From assembly GCF_938045775.1 (NCBI RefSeq), contig NZ_CALIBH010000093.1, forward strand, positions 1,409-65,408: DNA of 64,000 nt. The letters run 5' to 3'. The position numbers were made by a program, and so were the translations under genes. Positions 60,740 to 64,000 of the stretch are shown here, one piece after another. The DNA comes from an uncultured Campylobacter sp. Lineage in GTDB: Bacteria > Campylobacterota > Campylobacteria > Campylobacterales > Campylobacteraceae. How positions within the stretch are numbered: the stretch's first letter is position 1; the number at the start of each line of letters is the position of its first letter. The notes beneath the pieces are model-generated. The model saw nothing but the letters and a program-made list of their open reading frames with translations, made no database searches and had not been told where the DNA came from.

Positions 60740-61948
60740 ATGGTTTGGTTTTTGATCTTTTTATACGCGCTTTACACGATTTATAAAATTTCGCTCGATC
60801 TGCTCGAGCTAAGCTTCATCCGCGCCAAGCTAAAAGAGCCTGCGGTGGTGCTTAGCGAGGAGGATTATCACAAGGCGGGCGAGGTCGGCGCGGTAAATTT
60901 AAAATTTAATATATTTTCGCACTGCTTTTCTTTTGCGGTGGCGCTTATTTGGATACTTGCGGGCGCTAGCGCGTTACAGCGCGCGATATATGATCTAGCG
61001 GGAGATGGAATTTTTGCGCAGAGCTGCTTCGTAACGGCGTTTTTAATCATCGGCGGCGCGATATCGCTTCCGCTTGAGATTTACAAAACCTTCGTCAAAG
61101 ACAGGCGCTTAGGCTTTTCCACGATAACGCCCGCCGTTTTCGTAAAAGACGCGCTAAAATCGCTTGCGCTCACGCTGGTTTTTGGCTTTGCGGTAGCCTC
61201 TGCGCTCGTTTTTTGCGTAAATAGCCTGGGCGCGCATTGGTGGGTCTGGGGCTTTCTGCTAAGCTTCGGCGTAGTTTTACTGATAAATTTAATATATCCG
61301 ACCGTTATCGCGCCGCTGTTTAATAAGATGCAACCGCTAGAGCAAGGCGAGCTAAAAGAGCGCATAGAGGGGCTTTTGCAGCGCTGCGGCTTTAAAAGTA
61401 GCGGCGTTTTTACGATCGACGCAAGCAAGCGCGACAAGCGCCTAAATGCCTATTTCGGCGGCTTCGGCGCGACGAAAAAGGTCGTGCTTTTCGACACGCT
61501 CATAGAGAAGCTTAGCGAGGATGAAATTTTAGCCGTTTTAGGGCACGAGCTCGGGCATTTCAAACACGGCGACATTTTGAAAGGCTTAGCGCTCAGCTTC
61601 GTGCTTTTGGGCGCGACGTTTGCGGTATTCGGAAACCTCCCTGCAGGCGTATTTGGCGCGCTAGGACTTAACGCGGACGGCGGCGCGACGCTGGTTTTTA
61701 TGATTTTGTTTGCGCCGATCTTGCATGCGTTTTTTGAGCCTGTAATCTCCAAGATTAGCCGCATGCACGAATTTAGCGCGGACCGGCATGGCGCTAGCAT
61801 GCAGGATAAAAAGAGCATGATCGGCGCGCTAAAGAAGCTGGGCAGCGAAAATAAGGCATTCCCGCTCGCTCATAAAATTTATGCCGCGGTGTATCATTCG
61901 CACCCGAGCCTATATGAGCGTATAAGAGAGCTTGATGAGGATCGCTGA
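60740..61948 (+). CDS. M48-family (Ste24-like) membrane metallopeptidase
   Basis: DASKRD..LNAYFGG, VLFDTL, HELGH, SR.HEF.AD, SHP...ERI. Confidence 0.93.
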   Translation: MVWFLIFLYALYTIYKISLDLLELSFIRAKLKEPAVVLSEEDYHKAGEVGAVNLKFNIFSHCFSFAVALIWILAGASALQRAIYDLAGDGIFAQSCFVTAFLIIGGAISLPLEIYKTFVKDRRLGFSTITPAVFVKDALKSLALTLVFGFAVASALVFCVNSLGAHWWVWGFLLSFGVVLLINLIYPTVIAPLFNKMQPLEQGELKERIEGLLQRCGFKSSGVFTIDASKRDKRLNAYFGGFGATKKVVLFDTLIEKLSEDEILAVLGHELGHFKHGDILKGLALSFVLLGATFAVFGNLPAGVFGALGLNADGGATLVFMILFAPILHAFFEPVISKISRMHEFSADRHGASMQDKKSMIGALKKLGSENKAFPLAHKIYAAVYHSHPSLYERIRELDEDR

Positions 61949-62735
61949 GGCGCTAAGATGGGGCTTGGGGCAGTGTGGCTCAAAATACGTCGCGCGCGAA
62001 ATTTTAAAGCTTTGCGAGCGACTTAGTGACGAGCAGCTCGTGCTAAGATGCTCGGAAGAGCTCGCGCATGAAGTGGAATTTCGCGCCAAGATCGTTGAAT
62101 TTAAAGACGGCCGCCCGCTTGAATACATCACGCAAAGCTGCGAGTTTATGGGCTTTAAATTTTACGTCGACGAGCAGGTGCTGATACCGCGCTGTGAGAC
62201 TGAAATTTTAGTAAAAAAAGCTATTACTTTGGCGCAGAGCTTGGGCGAGCTGCGCATTTGCGAGATCGGCACGGGCAGCGGTATAATCGCTATCTGCTTA
62301 AAAAAGCTACTTCCCGCTTGCCGCATCATGGCTAGCGACATCAGCGCGGATGCGCTTAAGGTAGCGCGCGCAAACGCCGCAAGCTTAGGCGCGGACGTCG
62401 AGTTCGTGCACTGCGCCTACGCGGATGAGATCGCGGGCGAGTTTGATCTCATCGTCTCAAATCCGCCCTACATCGCAAATTCCTACGCATTGGACGCGCG
62501 CGTGCTGCAAGAGCCGAAGCAGGCGCTGTTTGGCGGCGAGCGGGGGGATGAAATTTTAAAACGCATCGTGCTGATCGCCGCACGGCGCGCAAAATTTCTA
62601 GCCTGCGAGATGGGCTACGATCAAAAGCAGAGCTTGTCGGCGTTTTTGCGCGAGCAGGGCTTTAGAACGGAATTTTACAAAGATTTGGCGCAGTTTGATC
62701 GCGGATTCGTCGCGCGAAATTTAAACAGATCGTAG
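61935..62735 (+). CDS. prmC: Release factor glutamine methyltransferase
   Basis: PLEYI, VLIPR.ETE, EIGTGSG, NPPY, EP..ALFGG. Confidence 0.93.
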   Translation: MRIAEALRWGLGQCGSKYVAREILKLCERLSDEQLVLRCSEELAHEVEFRAKIVEFKDGRPLEYITQSCEFMGFKFYVDEQVLIPRCETEILVKKAITLAQSLGELRICEIGTGSGIIAICLKKLLPACRIMASDISADALKVARANAASLGADVEFVHCAYADEIAGEFDLIVSNPPYIANSYALDARVLQEPKQALFGGERGDEILKRIVLIAARRAKFLACEMGYDQKQSLSAFLREQGFRTEFYKDLAQFDRGFVARNLNRS

Positions 62736-62742
62736 GCGCGCC

Positions 62743-63408
62743 GTGCAAAACTCGCAATTGCGCAGGCTGCTTTATTACAAAGCGTTCGGCTACCGCTACG
62801 TAAGCGCCGAAATTTTAAGCGGCGGCGAGCGATTTTTTAAGGCGCTGGACGCGCTAAAATCCGCTACCGCCGAGTGCAATCTCTGCGAACTCGCCAAAAC
62901 ACGCGCTGGAAGCGGCGAGCAAAATTTTAAAAATTTCAAAACTATCAAAAATTTTAAAAATTCTAAAACTCCCGCAAACGTAAAACTTATGATCGTAGCT
63001 CTCGCGCCTAGCTCTAGCGAGGGTTTTGGCGGCGGTTTGGAGGCTGAGATTGAAGCGGCGCTAGATCAAATTTGCACGCCCGAGCAGATCTATTTTAGCT
63101 TTCTGATAAAGTGCGCAGTGCCGCAAAATAGGTGCATAAGCTCGGAAATAATTTTAAAATGCGCGCCCTATCTGACCGATGAGATCAAAATTTTAAAGCC
63201 CAAAGTCGTGCTCTGCCTGGGCGAGCTCTGCTGTAAAATCGTGCTGCGAAATGGCGATCTGGCGGGCATGGACGCGCTGCACGGCTCGGTCTTTAACGAG
63301 GGCGGCATCAGCTTCGTGCCTAGCTTCGATCCCGCATTCATCGCGCAAAATCCGAGCAAAGCAGAGCTTTTCAAAGAGGATCTGCAAAAGATAAAGGGGC
63401 TGCTGTGA
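62743..63408 (+). CDS. Uracil-DNA glycosylase superfamily protein (family 4-like, divergent)
   Basis: CNLCEL..TR, LIKC, C.PYL..EI..LKPKVVLCLG. Confidence 0.7.
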   Translation: MQNSQLRRLLYYKAFGYRYVSAEILSGGERFFKALDALKSATAECNLCELAKTRAGSGEQNFKNFKTIKNFKNSKTPANVKLMIVALAPSSSEGFGGGLEAEIEAALDQICTPEQIYFSFLIKCAVPQNRCISSEIILKCAPYLTDEIKILKPKVVLCLGELCCKIVLRNGDLAGMDALHGSVFNEGGISFVPSFDPAFIAQNPSKAELFKEDLQKIKGLL

Positions 63409-64000
63409 GGCGCATTTGGCGCTTTCTTTGCGCGCTTTTTGATTTTGCGCGCAGCTTTTTGCGCGGGCGCCGCGATTTTTATTACAGCGTGCGAGCGGAC
63501 GGGGCGAATTTAACCTGCTTAAATTTCACGGACTAGCGGGATTTTAGCGGAGTAAAACACAGACTCGATCTGCGCGGGTTTAAATTTAAGAGCGATAAAA
63601 ATTTCATAAAGCGGCGGAGTAGGGTAAAATTTAACGTCATTGCAAAATTTCGATATTTCAAATTTTGTTTTCTATCTGGCTATCTTGGGGCGCGTGAGGG
63701 GTTTGCGTCGCGATGTAGCATCAAAATTTAAACCTTAACGCCGAGCGAAATTCTATGTCGTAAATTTTATCTCGCCTGCAAATTTTATTTTGCCTAAGAG
63801 CTCTGTATATCCTTAAATTTTACGCCGAAGGTCGGCCTGCGCTATGTTTGCACCGCACGACTAGGTAAATTTGAACTCGTGAGATAAATTTATCTCAAAG
63901 ATTTGAAAAATTCTAAAATTTCAACGCTAAATTTGATCGGCCTGCCGTCTTTTACGAAGGCGATTTTTACGTCCTGCACGTATAAAAGCTCGCTAAAATC

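Noticed and set aside
63405..64000. Possible gene following the UDG-like ORF
   Set aside because: The GTG overlapping the stop opens only about 44 codons; the remainder looks like motif-rich intergenic DNA

Overview
Epsilonproteobacterial chromosome segment, almost certainly a Campylobacter of the GC-richer oral group (C. gracilis-like). This is an inference from gene order, separate rpoB/rpoC, ribosomal protein sequences and composition. Core content: ribA/rsmG, hemB-argF-hemN, the tRNA-Thr/Tyr/Gly/Thr-tuf-rpmG-tRNA-Trp-secE-nusG-rplKAJL-rpoBC-rpsLG-fusA block, mutS2-murC, recR-racS-racR/dnaJ, and ABC-F/M48/prmC. Accessory content: two toxin-antitoxin pairs (a Doc/Fic-type pair inserted between hemB and argF, and a RelE/ParE-type pair), a tandem pair of AT-rich 'RDYDK' membrane-protein paralogues, and an apparently foreign YkvI-type transporter. 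A decaying stress-gene region follows fusA: tpx with two stops, gpx with ATA at its start position, and a frameshifted, apparently leaderless MGMT-family gene. A Tat-exported PepE and an inverted pair of GC-rich structured elements are also present. The most striking signal outside the genes is the saturation of intergenic DNA, short tandem arrays, hairpins and in-frame protein insertions with RAATTY. This is the motif methylated by CtsM and required for efficient natural transformation in C. jejuni. No rRNA, transposase, integrase, cas gene or convincing CRISPR array was found. All calls come from reading the sequence; no database search was run.
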